Source: Sulfurospirillum sp. (GTDB taxonomy: Bacteria > Campylobacterota > Campylobacteria > Campylobacterales > Sulfurospirillaceae). Taken from it: a stretch of DNA of 64,000 nt. The notes under the pieces were generated by a model. The model was not told the origin of the DNA, searched no databases, and was given only the letters and a program-made list of their open reading frames with translations. Of this stretch, positions 49,318-60,480 are shown piece by piece; position 1 is the stretch's first letter; every line of letters begins with the position of its first letter. The translations under genes and the position numbers were made by a program. Location of the stretch: contig NZ_DAIRVK010000001.1 in assembly GCF_036802865.1 (NCBI RefSeq), positions 667,341 through 731,340 on the forward strand, in the 5' to 3' direction.

Positions 49318-50989
49318 AGTATTTTTTGTTTTGTTGCTGACATGTATAGCGCTTTTTGGCGCACCCAATTACATGCAACAGCTTGAGCAGTATGATACAC
49401 AAATGAAAGGCGCAAATAACGATGAAGTGTTACGTGTCTTTCATGGACTCAAAGCAGTTTATATTCAAGCCATTATCTCTGGGGATGAAAACCTAAAAAA
49501 AGAGACGCTTGAGCGCCTGATTAAAACAGCCAAAGTCCTCAAATTGGATGCCTCAAAATATGAGTCAGAATTGGCTACTTTAGGCAAAGATACTAAAAAA
49601 ACAGCTCCATCTAAACCACTTATTCCACCTCCGGCTGCTGAAGAGAGCTTTGAAGCATCACGTAGTACCACCAGTAGTAATAATAATGCTTATCCTTCAG
49701 CACCACAAGCTTCTACTCAAGCCGTTTCTGCTAAAGAGAACAAAGCAGATGCCATGCCTATGAATGCAACAACAACGCAAGCTTCATCATCTTCATTACC
49801 TAAAAACTATAATGGTAAAAACGTATTGCAGCACGTGAAAACCAGTGAAGAAGAAATTGTGCTTGATTTTGGCTCCGCTGTAGTAGAGAGTAGTGTCAAA
49901 ATCTTTGTGTTGAAAACTACCGATGGGTATAAAAAAATTATTGATATACCTGCTATTATTATGAATGCGCCTTTAACAATTACAACACCTAAAAAGCTAC
50001 AAAGTTTACGCATTAGTCAATACAATGCCAATGCAATTCGCATTATTCTAGATGCACCCAGTGCTTTTGAAACGTATGTCAGTGTTTTAGATACACAAGT
50101 CATTTTATCACTCAATAAAAAACCGGTTTTGACTGAAAAAAGAATTATGACACCGGCTGTTGAAGCCCCTAAAAAAGCACCCGTAGTTGCACCTCCACCT
50201 GAACAGCCTTCTGCTAAATCTTATACAGCGCCTACCATCGCACCAGAAGCGCCTGTAGTTGCAAGTAAGGCTACACCATCATCTCCTCCTAGTAAAAAAG
50301 GGCAAAAACGCGACAAAACGATCGTTATCGATGCTGGACATGGTGGTAAAGATGCGGGTGCTATTGGCTATAAGCAACGTATGGAAAAAAATCTTGTGCT
50401 TGATATGGCATTACAACTGGGTAAAGAGCTGAAATCACGAGGATATAAAGTGTTCTATACACGTCAAAGTGATGAGTTTATCAACCTAAGAGACCGCACT
50501 AAAGTTGCTAATGATAAAAATGCGGATCTTTTTATCTCGATACATGCAAATGCTGCGCCTAATGAGGCAAAAAAGCTTTCTATGAAAGGACTTGAGACTT
50601 TTTTCCTCTCCCCAGATCGTTCCGAACGCTCTAAAAACGTAGCTGCATTAGAAAACCAATCGAATATGGAAGAGATGGATTTTTACTCTAAAGAGACTTT
50701 TTTAAATGTCTTTAATCGCGAGAAAATTATTCTCTCCAATAAAGTTGCCATTGATATACAATCGAGTATGCTTAAAAGTGTAAAGAAAAAATATAGCGTT
50801 GAAGATGGAGGGGTAAGAGAAGCACCTTTTTGGGTTTTAGTTGGAGCGACTATGCCATCCGTCTTAATCGAAGTAGGCTATATTAGCAATCCGGATGAGT
50901 CTGATAATATGTTCAATCCACAGTATCAAAAGCACCTTGTTGATGGTATTAGTGATGGACTTGACCAGTATTTTACAAACAATCCTTGA
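49301..50989 (+). CDS. amiA: N-acetylmuramoyl-L-alanine amidase (AMIN domain plus Amidase_3)
   Basis: The ORF is open from TTG 49286; ATG 49301 gives a signal peptide MGKHIRVFFVLLLTCIALFG. It has a P/A/S-rich linker and the catalytic region IVIDAGHGGKDAGA ... ISIHANA ... VLIEVGYISN. Confidence 0.9.
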   Translation: MGKHIRVFFVLLLTCIALFGAPNYMQQLEQYDTQMKGANNDEVLRVFHGLKAVYIQAIISGDENLKKETLERLIKTAKVLKLDASKYESELATLGKDTKKTAPSKPLIPPPAAEESFEASRSTTSSNNNAYPSAPQASTQAVSAKENKADAMPMNATTTQASSSSLPKNYNGKNVLQHVKTSEEEIVLDFGSAVVESSVKIFVLKTTDGYKKIIDIPAIIMNAPLTITTPKKLQSLRISQYNANAIRIILDAPSAFETYVSVLDTQVILSLNKKPVLTEKRIMTPAVEAPKKAPVVAPPPEQPSAKSYTAPTIAPEAPVVASKATPSSPPSKKGQKRDKTIVIDAGHGGKDAGAIGYKQRMEKNLVLDMALQLGKELKSRGYKVFYTRQSDEFINLRDRTKVANDKNADLFISIHANAAPNEAKKLSMKGLETFFLSPDRSERSKNVAALENQSNMEEMDFYSKETFLNVFNREKIILSNKVAIDIQSSMLKSVKKKYSVEDGGVREAPFWVLVGATMPSVLIEVGYISNPDESDNMFNPQYQKHLVDGISDGLDQYFTNNP

Positions 50990-51710
50990 TTGTTTTCCCT
51001 TTTTTCATCGTAGCATCTTTAAAATAGCGTGACCACTGCTCTACTAAAGCATGTTCCTCATGTGCAAGGTAAATTTCAACCATACGTTTTTCGCCAACAA
51101 AGCGTGGTAATGAGGAAAAGTTGAGCTCTTTTGGCAGAGCTTCCATAATATCAATTAAATCATTTTCTGTTGATTCAACGATAAATGAAACAGTGTAAAG
51201 TTTAGGTTGACTAGGGAAGTGTTTATCAAGGGCTTCTTTCGCCATAGGCCATGCCATTGATGGAAATCCTGGGGTGAAAAAGAAACGGTTGAACAGTGAA
51301 AATCCTGGGACATTGTTGACCACATTATGTAAGAGTTCAGAAGAAGGTGGAAGCATTGCCATATTAATACGGTGAGGATATGCTTCATTGCCAAATTGCT
51401 GTTCTATAAGCTCTTTTGCTTTCTCATGTAAAGTTAAAGACTGTCCTGTAAAGACTTCACTGGCAATAGATCGTGTCAGATCATCGGGTGTTGCACCAAT
51501 ACCTCCAAAACAGAACATCACACTTTTTGGGTCTTGTAAAATCATGTTGAAGCAGTTCTGAATAAGGGCAGGGGAATCTTGTATCACAAAACTTCCTGAA
51601 TGGAGAAGTCCTCGATCGCGTAGTTCTTGATTGATAAAGGCGAAGTGTTTATCTACCCTGCGACCATTGAGAAGCTCAGTCCCAATGATGACAGAGTAGA
51701 AGTGTTGCAT
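50973..51710 (-). CDS. CinA-like / MoCF-biosynthesis (molybdopterin-binding) domain protein
   Basis: 245 aa. The segments IIGTELLNGRRVDKH and GGIGATPDDLTR match the CinA N-terminal/MoaB-like fold. Its 3' end overlaps amiA convergently by 17 nt. Confidence 0.72.
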   Translation of the reverse strand: MQHFYSVIIGTELLNGRRVDKHFAFINQELRDRGLLHSGSFVIQDSPALIQNCFNMILQDPKSVMFCFGGIGATPDDLTRSIASEVFTGQSLTLHEKAKELIEQQFGNEAYPHRINMAMLPPSSELLHNVVNNVPGFSLFNRFFFTPGFPSMAWPMAKEALDKHFPSQPKLYTVSFIVESTENDLIDIMEALPKELNFSSLPRFVGEKRMVEIYLAHEEHALVEQWSRYFKDATMKKGKTIKDCL

Positions 51711-52291
51711 TAGATATGACTTTTAACGAAGCTTTCCATCTCGTTTACAATCTCTTCGATGGTACGCTCGCCATTGATTTTGTGAAGGAGGTTTTTAGCA
51801 CCGTAAAATGCTTGAATACCTGCTAATGGCTCTGTGTAAACTTTCATACGGTTATTAAAAACCTGAACGTTATCGTCCGCTCCACGTGCACGTCCTAAGA
51901 CGCGGTCACATGCAACTTGTTCACTGACTTCAACTTCAATGACAGAAACCAGTTTAACAGTTGTCTCTTTTGCTAAGAGTGCATCAAGAGCTTTCATCTG
52001 CTCATCAGAACGTGGGAAGCCGTCAATGAGGACAACATTTTTAGGGCTATTTTTTATAGCACCGACGATGGTATTGATAACAATATCAAGAGGTACAAGG
52101 TTTCCCGCACTGACAAACGAATCAATCGTTTTTCCAAGTTCACTACCGCTTGCAACTTCATCACGAAGCAATTCACCGGTTGAATAGTGTGCGATTGCAT
52201 CGCTATTTTTTTCTGCGATTAAACTCGCATCGGTTGTTTTACCACTGCCTGGGGCTCCAATAATCAAAAATAGTTTCTTCATCAACAACAT
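51710..52291 (-). CDS. adk: Adenylate kinase
   Basis: 193 aa. It has the P-loop GAPGSGKTT, the motifs STGELLR and IDGFPR, and a short lid form. Confidence 0.95.
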   Translation of the reverse strand: MLLMKKLFLIIGAPGSGKTTDASLIAEKNSDAIAHYSTGELLRDEVASGSELGKTIDSFVSAGNLVPLDIVINTIVGAIKNSPKNVVLIDGFPRSDEQMKALDALLAKETTVKLVSVIEVEVSEQVACDRVLGRARGADDNVQVFNNRMKVYTEPLAGIQAFYGAKNLLHKINGERTIEEIVNEMESFVKSHI

Positions 52292-52296
52292 TCCTT

Positions 52297-54045
52297 TTAT
52301 TTGGTTTTTTCTCTAAGTCTAATTCCAAGGTCACGCAATTGGTCGTTTTCTACTGCACTTGGAGCGCGGGTAAGAAGACATTGTGCTTTTTGGGTTTTAG
52401 GGAAGGCAATAACGTCACGAATGCTATCACTTTTCGTGATAAGCATCATCAAACGATCAAGTCCAATTGCCAAACCACCGTGTGGAGGAGCGCCGAATTT
52501 AAGCGCATCAAGTAAGAATTCAAATTTCTCATGTGCTTCTTCATCGCTAATGCCAAGAAGGTTAAATACTTTTTGTTGAATCTCTTTTTTATGAATTCTG
52601 ATACTACCACCACCAAGCTCAACACCGTTAAGAACGACATCGTATGCGATAGATTCCATCTCATCGATAGGTGTGTTGTCAATGTCTTTTGGCATAGTAA
52701 ATGGATGGTGAAGTGCTTTGACTCTGCCATCTTCAACCTCAAACATTTCAAAGTCAACAACCCACACAAATTCAAATCGATCTTTAGGGATAATATTCAT
52801 TGCTTCAGCTAAGAAGATACGGAAACGTCCCATATAATCAAGTACAAGTTTTTTCTCACCAGCACCAAAGAAGATCGCATCGCCTACTTGTAGGTTTGCT
52901 GCGTCAACGATGGCTTGTAAATCTTCTTCATCAAAGAATTTTGCTAAAGGACCTTTAAGTCCTTCTTCTTTCATCTGAAAATATCCCAGTCCTGATGCTC
53001 CAAATTTGCGAACATACTCTTCAAAGCCTTGCATTTGACGTTTAGAAAAGATGTTGTCACCGTTTGGTACTTTAAGTGCTTTAATACGGTTTTTCTTTGT
53101 ATCTTTAGCAATATTGCTAAAAATTTCATTTTTACATTTAGCAAAAATATCAATAACATCAATCATAGAAAGGTCATAACGAAGATCAGGTTTGTCTGAG
53201 CCGTATTTTTCCATTGCATCTTTGAAACGAATACGGTTGAAAGGAATTGTAATTTCATGACCGCATGCTTTGAAGACATCTTTTAAAAGATTTTCGGTGA
53301 CTTTCATAACGTCTTCTTGGTTGCAGAAGCTCATCTCGATGTCGATTTGTGTAAATTCAGGTTGACGATCAGCTCTCAAATCTTCATCACGGAAACATTT
53401 AGCTACTTGGAAATAACGATCAAATCCTGCACACATCAAAAGTTGTTTGAAAAGCTGCGGAGATTGTGGAAGCGCATAAAATTCACCATTGTGAACGCGA
53501 CTTGGAACGAGATAATCACGCGCACCCTCTGGCGTAGATTTGGTTAAAATAGGTGTTTCAACTTCCAAAAAGCCTTGTGCATCCAATGAGTTACGAACAG
53601 CTATGGTTGCTTTACTTCTGAGTTTGAAAATTTCGTATGATTTATGATTGCGAAGATCTAAATAGCGATACTTAAGGCGTACATCTTCCCCAACATTGTT
53701 ATCGCCGATAACAAATGGAACGGTTTCACTTGCATTTTCAACGATAAGTTCGTCAACAACGATCTCGATTTTACCTGTTTGAAGGCGTGGATTTTCCAAC
53801 CCCTCACCACGTGCTCGTACGCGACCTTTTGCTTTGAGAACAAACTCATCTCTTACTTGAGCAGCAATATCGTGTGCTGAGACACTGTCTGCAGGATCGC
53901 AAACCAGTTGAATAAGACCTGTTTTGTCACGAAGATCAATAAAAATAACACCACCATGATCTCTGTTGCTATTTGCCCAGCCACACACTTCTACAACTTC
54001 GCCAATGTTGGCGACATCTAAATCGGTACAATAATGACTTCTCAA
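52297..54045 (-). CDS. aspS: Aspartyl-tRNA synthetase
   Basis: 582 aa. It has an OB-fold N-terminus (RSHYC...[19 protein letters not shown]) and class II motifs ([29 protein letters not shown]). Confidence 0.98.
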   Translation of the reverse strand: MRSHYCTDLDVANIGEVVEVCGWANSNRDHGGVIFIDLRDKTGLIQLVCDPADSVSAHDIAAQVRDEFVLKAKGRVRARGEGLENPRLQTGKIEIVVDELIVENASETVPFVIGDNNVGEDVRLKYRYLDLRNHKSYEIFKLRSKATIAVRNSLDAQGFLEVETPILTKSTPEGARDYLVPSRVHNGEFYALPQSPQLFKQLLMCAGFDRYFQVAKCFRDEDLRADRQPEFTQIDIEMSFCNQEDVMKVTENLLKDVFKACGHEITIPFNRIRFKDAMEKYGSDKPDLRYDLSMIDVIDIFAKCKNEIFSNIAKDTKKNRIKALKVPNGDNIFSKRQMQGFEEYVRKFGASGLGYFQMKEEGLKGPLAKFFDEEDLQAIVDAANLQVGDAIFFGAGEKKLVLDYMGRFRIFLAEAMNIIPKDRFEFVWVVDFEMFEVEDGRVKALHHPFTMPKDIDNTPIDEMESIAYDVVLNGVELGGGSIRIHKKEIQQKVFNLLGISDEEAHEKFEFLLDALKFGAPPHGGLAIGLDRLMMLITKSDSIRDVIAFPKTQKAQCLLTRAPSAVENDQLRDLGIRLREKTK

Positions 54046-54269
54046 TGTTTATTCCTATACTGAAGGGTACTTTAATGAACCCTTGAATGTCGTTTTTTAA
54101 AAGGTATCAGTATAGCTAAATGTAGCTTTTCTTTAGTTTATTTGAGAAAAGTTTGTTGATGATCTGTTGGTAGTTACGTATTGATACAGTTTTGTTTGAT
54201 TGAGAGTGTACATGAAGAAGGATACGCATTATGTTTGGATGAGAGGAGAGAGCATCTCTCCTCTGTAGA

Positions 54270-54836
54270 TTACATGCGTGTTAAACGTGTAACGATTTGA
54301 TCGATGCTGTCCGTAAACAGAGTGTACAAAAATGGTTCTAAATCTTTAGAACTGTATGAAGGGGCAATCCATTTGCTTCCTTTTTGTCTAAAGTTTTGGG
54401 TTATGACTTCATCCCCTTTGCGTACAACGACTTCAATTTCAATTTCACCTTTGAGGTTTGCATCAAAGTTTTTGTCATTGTAAATAAGCTCAATATCTTT
54501 AATCGAGACTTCTACAACTAAATTGGCTTCGTTGGTAGATGCATTGGTGTTAAAACCTGCAAGGTTAAGGGCATAGCCTAAGCCTTCATTGTATTTCTCA
54601 GCAAAGTTTTCGTTGCTAAAGAAATTGATTGTATTACTGCTTTTTTGATCAACATAGCCAATAATATTTTTCTTCACGCGTAGATCTTTGACGGGTCTTA
54701 AATAGACAATTTTCTTATCGCGGGAGAGAGGTCCTTGGTACTCTGCTTTGTAAGATTCTAAACTTAGTGCTTCGTTTTTGTAGGTACAACCGCTAAATAT
54801 TAGCAATGCCATAGCTACGAAAATGAGATGTTTCAT
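54270..54836 (-). CDS. Hypothetical lipoprotein
   Basis: 188 aa with a lipobox IFSGC. I cannot assign a family with confidence; it may be YajG-like. Confidence 0.6.
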   Translation of the reverse strand: MKHLIFVAMALLIFSGCTYKNEALSLESYKAEYQGPLSRDKKIVYLRPVKDLRVKKNIIGYVDQKSSNTINFFSNENFAEKYNEGLGYALNLAGFNTNASTNEANLVVEVSIKDIELIYNDKNFDANLKGEIEIEVVVRKGDEVITQNFRQKGSKWIAPSYSSKDLEPFLYTLFTDSIDQIVTRLTRM

Positions 54837-54935
54837 CGTATTACTCCTCGTATTTAACCTCTTTGAGAGGTCTGTCGTATCGGCGAATTATAGCATAAAC
54901 ACTGATTAATAAAAGACACGCTAGAATGAGTTATC

Positions 54936-55811
54936 ATGAAAATAACCAATCATACTCAAAAATTAACGACTATTACTACCGTTGGACTTGTGAGCAAACC
55001 CAACGATAACACACTTGTAAGCTATGTGCAAGAGATTGAAATGGCACTTCGCAAACATGGTGTGAAACTCCTTATTGAAGAAAAAAGTGCCCAATGTTTA
55101 GGCTATGCAGGCGTCAGCTTTGAACAGATGTGTGCGCAAAGTGATTTTCTTATCTCTCTGGGTGGAGATGGTACACTCATTTCACTCTGTCGTAGAAGCT
55201 TTATGTTCCACAAACCCGTTTTGGGAATTCATGCAGGGCAACTGGGCTTTTTAACGGATATTCAAACCGATGAGATCAGCCATTTTATTGAAGATCTTTT
55301 TGTGGGAAATTACCGTATTGATACACGTATGATGCTTGAAGTCTCTTTACATAGAAATGATAAAATTGAGAAAGTTGTTGCTTTTAACGACATTGTTTTG
55401 TCTCGGTCTAAAATATCGCATATGAGCAACATTAAAGCTTATGTTGATGGGCAGCATTTTAATGCTTATTACGGCGATGGACTCATTGTCTCAACACCTA
55501 CAGGATCAACTGCATACAACCTTTCTGCAGGTGGTCCTGTAGTGTTTCCTTTAACAGAGGCACTTATTTTAACACCTATTTGTCCACACTCATTAACACA
55601 GCGTCCGTTGGTATTACCCGTTGATTTTGAAGTTTCATTTGAAAGTGATGGCGATACAATGATTATTGTGGATGGTCAAGATACGTACAGTATGCATGAC
55701 ATTGACCTCGTGAGTGTTCGCATTGCCGCAAAAGGTGCTGCGCTTATTCATAGTTTAGATAGAGACTATTTTGAAATTTTGAAAAAGAAATTGCATTGGG
55801 GGAACGTGTGA
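54936..55811 (+). CDS. nadK: NAD kinase
   Basis: 291 aa. It contains GGDGTLI, the GxLGFL-type motif GQLGFLT, and STPTGSTAYNLSAGGP. Confidence 0.93.
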   Translation: MKITNHTQKLTTITTVGLVSKPNDNTLVSYVQEIEMALRKHGVKLLIEEKSAQCLGYAGVSFEQMCAQSDFLISLGGDGTLISLCRRSFMFHKPVLGIHAGQLGFLTDIQTDEISHFIEDLFVGNYRIDTRMMLEVSLHRNDKIEKVVAFNDIVLSRSKISHMSNIKAYVDGQHFNAYYGDGLIVSTPTGSTAYNLSAGGPVVFPLTEALILTPICPHSLTQRPLVLPVDFEVSFESDGDTMIIVDGQDTYSMHDIDLVSVRIAAKGAALIHSLDRDYFEILKKKLHWGNV

Positions 55812-57349
55812 TAGAGCGATTGTTAATGAAAAACCATCTCTCATTTGCAGAGTGTGATATAGAGTTTAAAAAAGGGCTCGTTGTTTTTAGTGGTCCCAGT
55901 GGTGCTGGTAAATCCGTTTTGATGCAAGGACTTCTCTCATTATTTGGTTATGGCGATGTTCATGCCGATGTGATTGAGGCGGTTGTTGGCAAAAATTTGG
56001 GTCTCGATGCTTTTGGTTTTGAAGAAGAAGATCCTAATATCTTTAAATTTCTCAAAGCTAAAAATGCACGTTATTTCATCAATTCACAAGCTATCTCAAA
56101 AAAGGGGATGGTGGAACTCTCTCGTACCTTTGTCAATTACCTTTCCGTGAAAGATAACAGTGAATTTGAAAATAGCCGTCTTTTGGGCTTACTTGATGGT
56201 GTTTGCGCGCGTCAAGAGTCTACGCATACTGAAGATGTGAGTAAATTTGAAACACTTTTTGGTGAATATAAAAAACTTAAAGAAGAGCTCGAACGCATCG
56301 AAGCAGAAGAGAAAAAAATAGAAGATCTTAAAGAGTTCGCACGTTTTGAAATTGCTAAAATTGATGAGGTTTCTCCTAAAATTGGTGAAGATGAAGAGCT
56401 TGTAAGTTTTAAAAAATCACTCTCCAAAAAAGAGAAGATTGAAGCTGCGATGCAAAAAGCAGGTGCGGTGTTTGAACTGGAAGGAAGTGTAACCGAAGTT
56501 TTGAATCTTATTGAAGTTGATAGTAGCTTTTTTGATGCTTGCATGAATGAGTTACGCCTTATCTTTGAAAAACAAAATGAAACTTTAGAAGCACTCGAAG
56601 AGATCGATGTTGAATCATTGTTAGACCGTATTGAAAAAATTGCGCAACTTAAAAAGCGTTATGGCTCGATTGAAGAAGCAATAGAACATAAACTGCAGCG
56701 TCAAGAAGAGTTATCACGCTATGAAAACATTGCTTTTGAGAAAGCTCAGTTGGAAAAAGAGGTTGCGAAATATCAAAGCAATGTTGCTACTGAAAGCCAT
56801 AAAATCAGTCAAACACGTCAAAAATATTTATTACTTTTAGAAGCACGTCTCAATGATTATCTTTCACAATTGTATATGCCAACATTGCATTTACGTTTAG
56901 ATGAAGGTACATTATGTGAATTAGGGTTTGATGTTTTACATGTAAACTTGGGCAAAGTCGATCTTAAAAAGATCAGTTCAGGTGAATACAACCGTGTACG
57001 CTTAGCTTTTCTTGCAACCCATAATGAGTTTTTACTCTCTAGCGGAGGTGTTTTGATTTTAGATGAGATCGATGCAAACCTCAGTGGAAAAGAGTCTATG
57101 AGTGTTGCAAATGTGCTCAAAACGCTCTCATCCAAGTACCAAATCTTTGCCATTTCGCATCAACCACAGCTCTCTTCCCGTGCTGATCAGCACTTCTTGG
57201 TTATCAAAGATGCTTTACATGTCAGTCGTGTTTTGCCTCTTGGAGAAGAGGAGCGCATTGTCGAATTAGCACGAATGGTCAGTGGCGAAAATGTGAGCGA
57301 AGAGGCGATTGTTTTCGCGAAATCCCTTTTGGAGAGTGCAAATTTGTAA
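55808..57349 (+). CDS. recN: DNA repair protein RecN
   Basis: The ORF is open from TTG 55796. GTG 55808 overlaps the nadK stop as GTGA and gives the typical VIERLLMKN start. Walker A is GPSGAGKS, followed by a long coiled coil and C-terminal SGGEYNRV and ILDEIDANL. Confidence 0.93.
   Translation: MIERLLMKNHLSFAECDIEFKKGLVVFSGPSGAGKSVLMQGLLSLFGYGDVHADVIEAVVGKNLGLDAFGFEEEDPNIFKFLKAKNARYFINSQAISKKGMVELSRTFVNYLSVKDNSEFENSRLLGLLDGVCARQESTHTEDVSKFETLFGEYKKLKEELERIEAEEKKIEDLKEFARFEIAKIDEVSPKIGEDEELVSFKKSLSKKEKIEAAMQKAGAVFELEGSVTEVLNLIEVDSSFFDACMNELRLIFEKQNETLEALEEIDVESLLDRIEKIAQLKKRYGSIEEAIEHKLQRQEELSRYENIAFEKAQLEKEVAKYQSNVATESHKISQTRQKYLLLLEARLNDYLSQLYMPTLHLRLDEGTLCELGFDVLHVNLGKVDLKKISSGEYNRVRLAFLATHNEFLLSSGGVLILDEIDANLSGKESMSVANVLKTLSSKYQIFAISHQPQLSSRADQHFLVIKDALHVSRVLPLGEEERIVELARMVSGENVSEEAIVFAKSLLESANL
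56934..56946. repeat. TTTTACATGTAAA copy inside recN
   Basis: Read directly; it encodes V-L-H-V-N. A further partial copy, CTTTACATGT, lies at 57213-57222 and encodes A-L-H-V. Confidence 0.8.
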
Positions 57350-57450
57350 CATTTTTTTTAAACTTCATTTCTGCTTGTTGTAAAAATCATACGAATATCA
57401 TACCTTTGCTTTACTCTGCGTGTAGAGTTTACATTTATGAGGAGGTTTGT

Positions 57451-59100
57451 ATGCAAACTTGGCAACAAGTTTATGCGCCTATTGGTGGTAGTTTAGGATT
57501 ATCGGCATTGGTTGCGCTTATTCCAATTATTTTTTTCTTCTTGGCACTTGCAGTGTTCAGAATGAAAGGTCATTTTGCGGCAACGATTACATTGGCGCTT
57601 TCCATAATAGTCGCTGTAGTAGCGTTTGGTATGCCTACAAATATGGCATTTGCTTCAGCAGGGTATGGCTTTTTGTACGGTCTTTGGCCTATAGCTTGGA
57701 TTATCGTAGCATCGGTTTTCCTCTACAAGCTAACGGTTAAAAGTGGGCAATTTGGAATTATTCGTAACTCCATTCTTACCATTACAGACGATCAACGTAT
57801 TCAAGTAATCCTCATTGGTTTTGCTTTTGGTGCGTTTTTAGAGGGTGCTGCGGGCTTTGGTGCACCTGTTGCGATTACAGCAGCAATTCTTGTTGGACTT
57901 GGTTTTCAACCACTCTATGCAGCAGGACTTTGTTTGATCGCAAACACCGCTCCAGTCGCTTTTGGTGCTTTGGGCATACCTATCTTAGTCGCTGGTAAAA
58001 TTACAGGTATTGATCCTTTCTTGGTAGGCGCAATGGCTGGACGACAACTTCCGTTTCTTTCTATTCTTATTCCTCTTTGGATTGTAGCTATGATGGACGG
58101 TTGGAGAGGTGTGAAAGAAGTATGGCCAGCAGCACTTGTGGCAGGTGGCAGTTTTGCATTGTCTCAATATGCAACATCTAACTTCATAGGACCAGAGTTA
58201 CCAGACGTAACTTCTGCAATCCTTTCTATTATCTCTTTAACTGTTTTCTTGAAATTCTGGAAACCAAAAAATGTCATGAAAGGGCATGTTTCTGCTGAAC
58301 TTGAGCGAGAAACACAAAAAGCGCATACGGGCGGCGAAGTGCTTAAAGCCTGGTCACCGTTTATTATTCTCTCCATCATGGTTACTATTTGGACTACCAA
58401 TGCCTTTAAAGCGTATTTTGCTAAAGGTGCCATTATGGCGGGAACAATTTTTAACTTTGAGTTTACAAGTATTAGTAATACTATTTATAAAATGGCACCG
58501 ATCGTGGCTCAGCCTACAAACTTTAAAGTTATCTATACATTTAACCCTATTTCAGCAACGGGAACTGCGATCTTCTTTGCTGCGATTATCTCTATGTTTG
58601 TGTTGCGCGTCAATGTTTCTACTGCAGTTAAAACGATGGGTGAAACACTTTTTGAACTTAAATGGGCAATTTTATCGATCGGTATGGTTTTAGGCTTTGC
58701 TTTTGTCATGAACTACTCAGGTATGTCAACAACCATGGCACTTGTGCTTGCAAACACTGGGTTCTTGTTCCCATTCTTCTCTCCAATTTTAGGTTGGTTG
58801 GGCGTATTCTTGACAGGCTCAGATACATCATCCAATGCACTTTTCTGCGGATTGCAACAAAATACAGCGCAACAGCTGGGGCTCAATGAAACCTTGATGG
58901 TTACTGCTAATACAACAGGTGGTGTATGTGGTAAGATGATTTCTCCACAATCTATCTCAATTGCATGTGCATCAGCAGGTATTGTTGGAAAAGAGTCTGA
59001 TCTCTTTAGATTTACGGTTAAACACAGTTTGATTCTTGTCGCCATAATGGGTTTAATGACAATGGCACAAGCATACATCTTAACATGGATGATTCCTTAA
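57451..59100 (+). CDS. lctP: L-lactate permease (LctP family)
   Basis: ATG 57451 is preceded by AGGAGG at 57440-57445; the longer TTG-started ORF from 57406 is rejected. The N-terminus MQTWQQVYAPIGGSLGLSALVALIPIIFFF and the multi-TM layout match the LctP/LldP family. Confidence 0.92.
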   Translation: MQTWQQVYAPIGGSLGLSALVALIPIIFFFLALAVFRMKGHFAATITLALSIIVAVVAFGMPTNMAFASAGYGFLYGLWPIAWIIVASVFLYKLTVKSGQFGIIRNSILTITDDQRIQVILIGFAFGAFLEGAAGFGAPVAITAAILVGLGFQPLYAAGLCLIANTAPVAFGALGIPILVAGKITGIDPFLVGAMAGRQLPFLSILIPLWIVAMMDGWRGVKEVWPAALVAGGSFALSQYATSNFIGPELPDVTSAILSIISLTVFLKFWKPKNVMKGHVSAELERETQKAHTGGEVLKAWSPFIILSIMVTIWTTNAFKAYFAKGAIMAGTIFNFEFTSISNTIYKMAPIVAQPTNFKVIYTFNPISATGTAIFFAAIISMFVLRVNVSTAVKTMGETLFELKWAILSIGMVLGFAFVMNYSGMSTTMALVLANTGFLFPFFSPILGWLGVFLTGSDTSSNALFCGLQQNTAQQLGLNETLMVTANTTGGVCGKMISPQSISIACASAGIVGKESDLFRFTVKHSLILVAIMGLMTMAQAYILTWMIP

Positions 59101-59127
59101 TTGATGTAGTAGTGTAAAATATTTCTT

Positions 59128-59154
59128 AGGCGGTGGTTTGATCCTCCACCGCCT
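59128..59154 (+). terminator. Hairpin after lctP (AGGCGGTGG-N9-CCACCGCCT)
   Basis: A 9-bp GC-rich perfect stem lies 28 nt after the stop; the T-tract is weak. Confidence 0.45.
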
Positions 59155-59201
59155 CCTCTTTAGAAAACTCCCAAAATTTTTATGTTACAATTAAAATCAA
59201 C

Positions 59202-59211
59202 TTACATGTAA
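59202..59211. repeat. TTACATGTAA palindrome copy 16 nt upstream of the REC-REC-GGDEF start codon
   Basis: Read directly, in caacTTACATGTAAtagttaggataacttATG. Confidence 0.8.
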
Positions 59212-59226
59212 TAGTTAGGATAACTT

Positions 59227-60480
59227 ATGGCGCGAGAAAAGATTTTAATTGTAGAAGATAATAAAGCACTGTCAAAATTAATTGTCAAAAAAATGGAATC
59301 CAATCTTGATTTTGATATAGAAACAGCATATAGTTTTGAAGAGGCGCAAAATCTTGTTGAAAAAAGCAGCGATTACTTTGTTGCTCTTTTGGATCTCAAT
59401 CTTCCTGATGCCCCTGATGGTGAAGTGGTCGATATGATTTTATCGCACAAAATTCCCTCAATTATTCTTACCGGTTCCATGGATAAAGATGTCCGTGAAA
59501 AGATTTTGAAAAAAGATGTTATTGATTATGTCTATAAAGGCAATATTGATGATGTTAATTACATTTTTACGCTTATCGAGCGACTTCATAAGAACCGTGA
59601 TATTAAAGTTATGGTAGTGGATGACTCGATTGCAACACGTGCACAAATAAAATCTCTTTTACAACACCAAATGTTCAAAGTTATCGTTGCGGCTCATGGC
59701 GAAGAAGCCTTGGTCTTTTTGCAAGACAATCCTGATATTAAACTCATTTTAACCGATTATCAAATGCCCGTGATTGACGGTGTTGAACTCACCAAAGAGG
59801 TACGTAAGCTTTACAGTAAAAATGAGATTTCCATTATTGCTATGACAGGAACCAACACGGATCTTATTTCCGCTAAGTTTCTCAAAATTGGTGCGAATGA
59901 TTTTATCAATAAGCCATTTACGCGAGAAGAGATTGCTTGCCGTATCAATAATTCACTTGATGCATTAGAATACATAGCCAAAATTGAAGATATGGCACAA
60001 AATGATTTTTTAAGCGGACTTGCAAATAGGCGTTATTTCTTTGATGCGATGCAAGAGTATTTTAAAGTGGCCAAGAAAAAGAACGAATCGTTTGCTTTAG
60101 GCTTAATTGATGTAGATAGTTTCAAAGAAATCAATGACACATTAGGGCATCACGTAGGTGATTCTGTGATTGTTGATCTGGCTAAGACACTTAAAAAGCA
60201 CTTGACCCATGATCATTTTATTGCACGTTTAGGCGGCGATGAATTTTGTGTTGTTCTTAAAAATATTGATCAAAAAAAGGCACTAGAATTTTTTATAAAG
60301 CTCAAAAGTACCATTTCTAGCTTGCATGTAAAAACCAAAGATAAAAAAGATCTTACGATTTCTATCTCTATTGGCGTTACATTTGGCGATTTAGAAAGTG
60401 TGGAAGAGATGATTAATCAAGCCGATAGAGCTCTCCATATTGCAAAGAAAAATGGCAAAAATAGAGTGGAAGTCGCTTAA
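59227..60480 (+). CDS. Response regulator with two receiver domains and a GGDEF diguanylate cyclase output
   Basis: 417 aa. REC1 is ILIVEDN ... ALLDLNLPD, REC2 is VMVVDDS ... LILTDYQMP ... KP, and GGDEF is intact (ARLGGDEFCVV). No cognate kinase gene is adjacent. Confidence 0.92.
   Translation: MAREKILIVEDNKALSKLIVKKMESNLDFDIETAYSFEEAQNLVEKSSDYFVALLDLNLPDAPDGEVVDMILSHKIPSIILTGSMDKDVREKILKKDVIDYVYKGNIDDVNYIFTLIERLHKNRDIKVMVVDDSIATRAQIKSLLQHQMFKVIVAAHGEEALVFLQDNPDIKLILTDYQMPVIDGVELTKEVRKLYSKNEISIIAMTGTNTDLISAKFLKIGANDFINKPFTREEIACRINNSLDALEYIAKIEDMAQNDFLSGLANRRYFFDAMQEYFKVAKKKNESFALGLIDVDSFKEINDTLGHHVGDSVIVDLAKTLKKHLTHDHFIARLGGDEFCVVLKNIDQKKALEFFIKLKSTISSLHVKTKDKKDLTISISIGVTFGDLESVEEMINQADRALHIAKKNGKNRVEVA

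Noticed and set aside
54046-54269. 224-nt gap upstream of aspS, considered for a T-box leader or small RNA
   Set aside because: I see no specifier or T-box-like conserved sequence. The only structure is a short hairpin (AGAGGAGAG-N5-CTCTCCTCT at 54243-54266) next to the end of the lipoprotein gene. The gap is most likely just a promoter plus a weak terminator.
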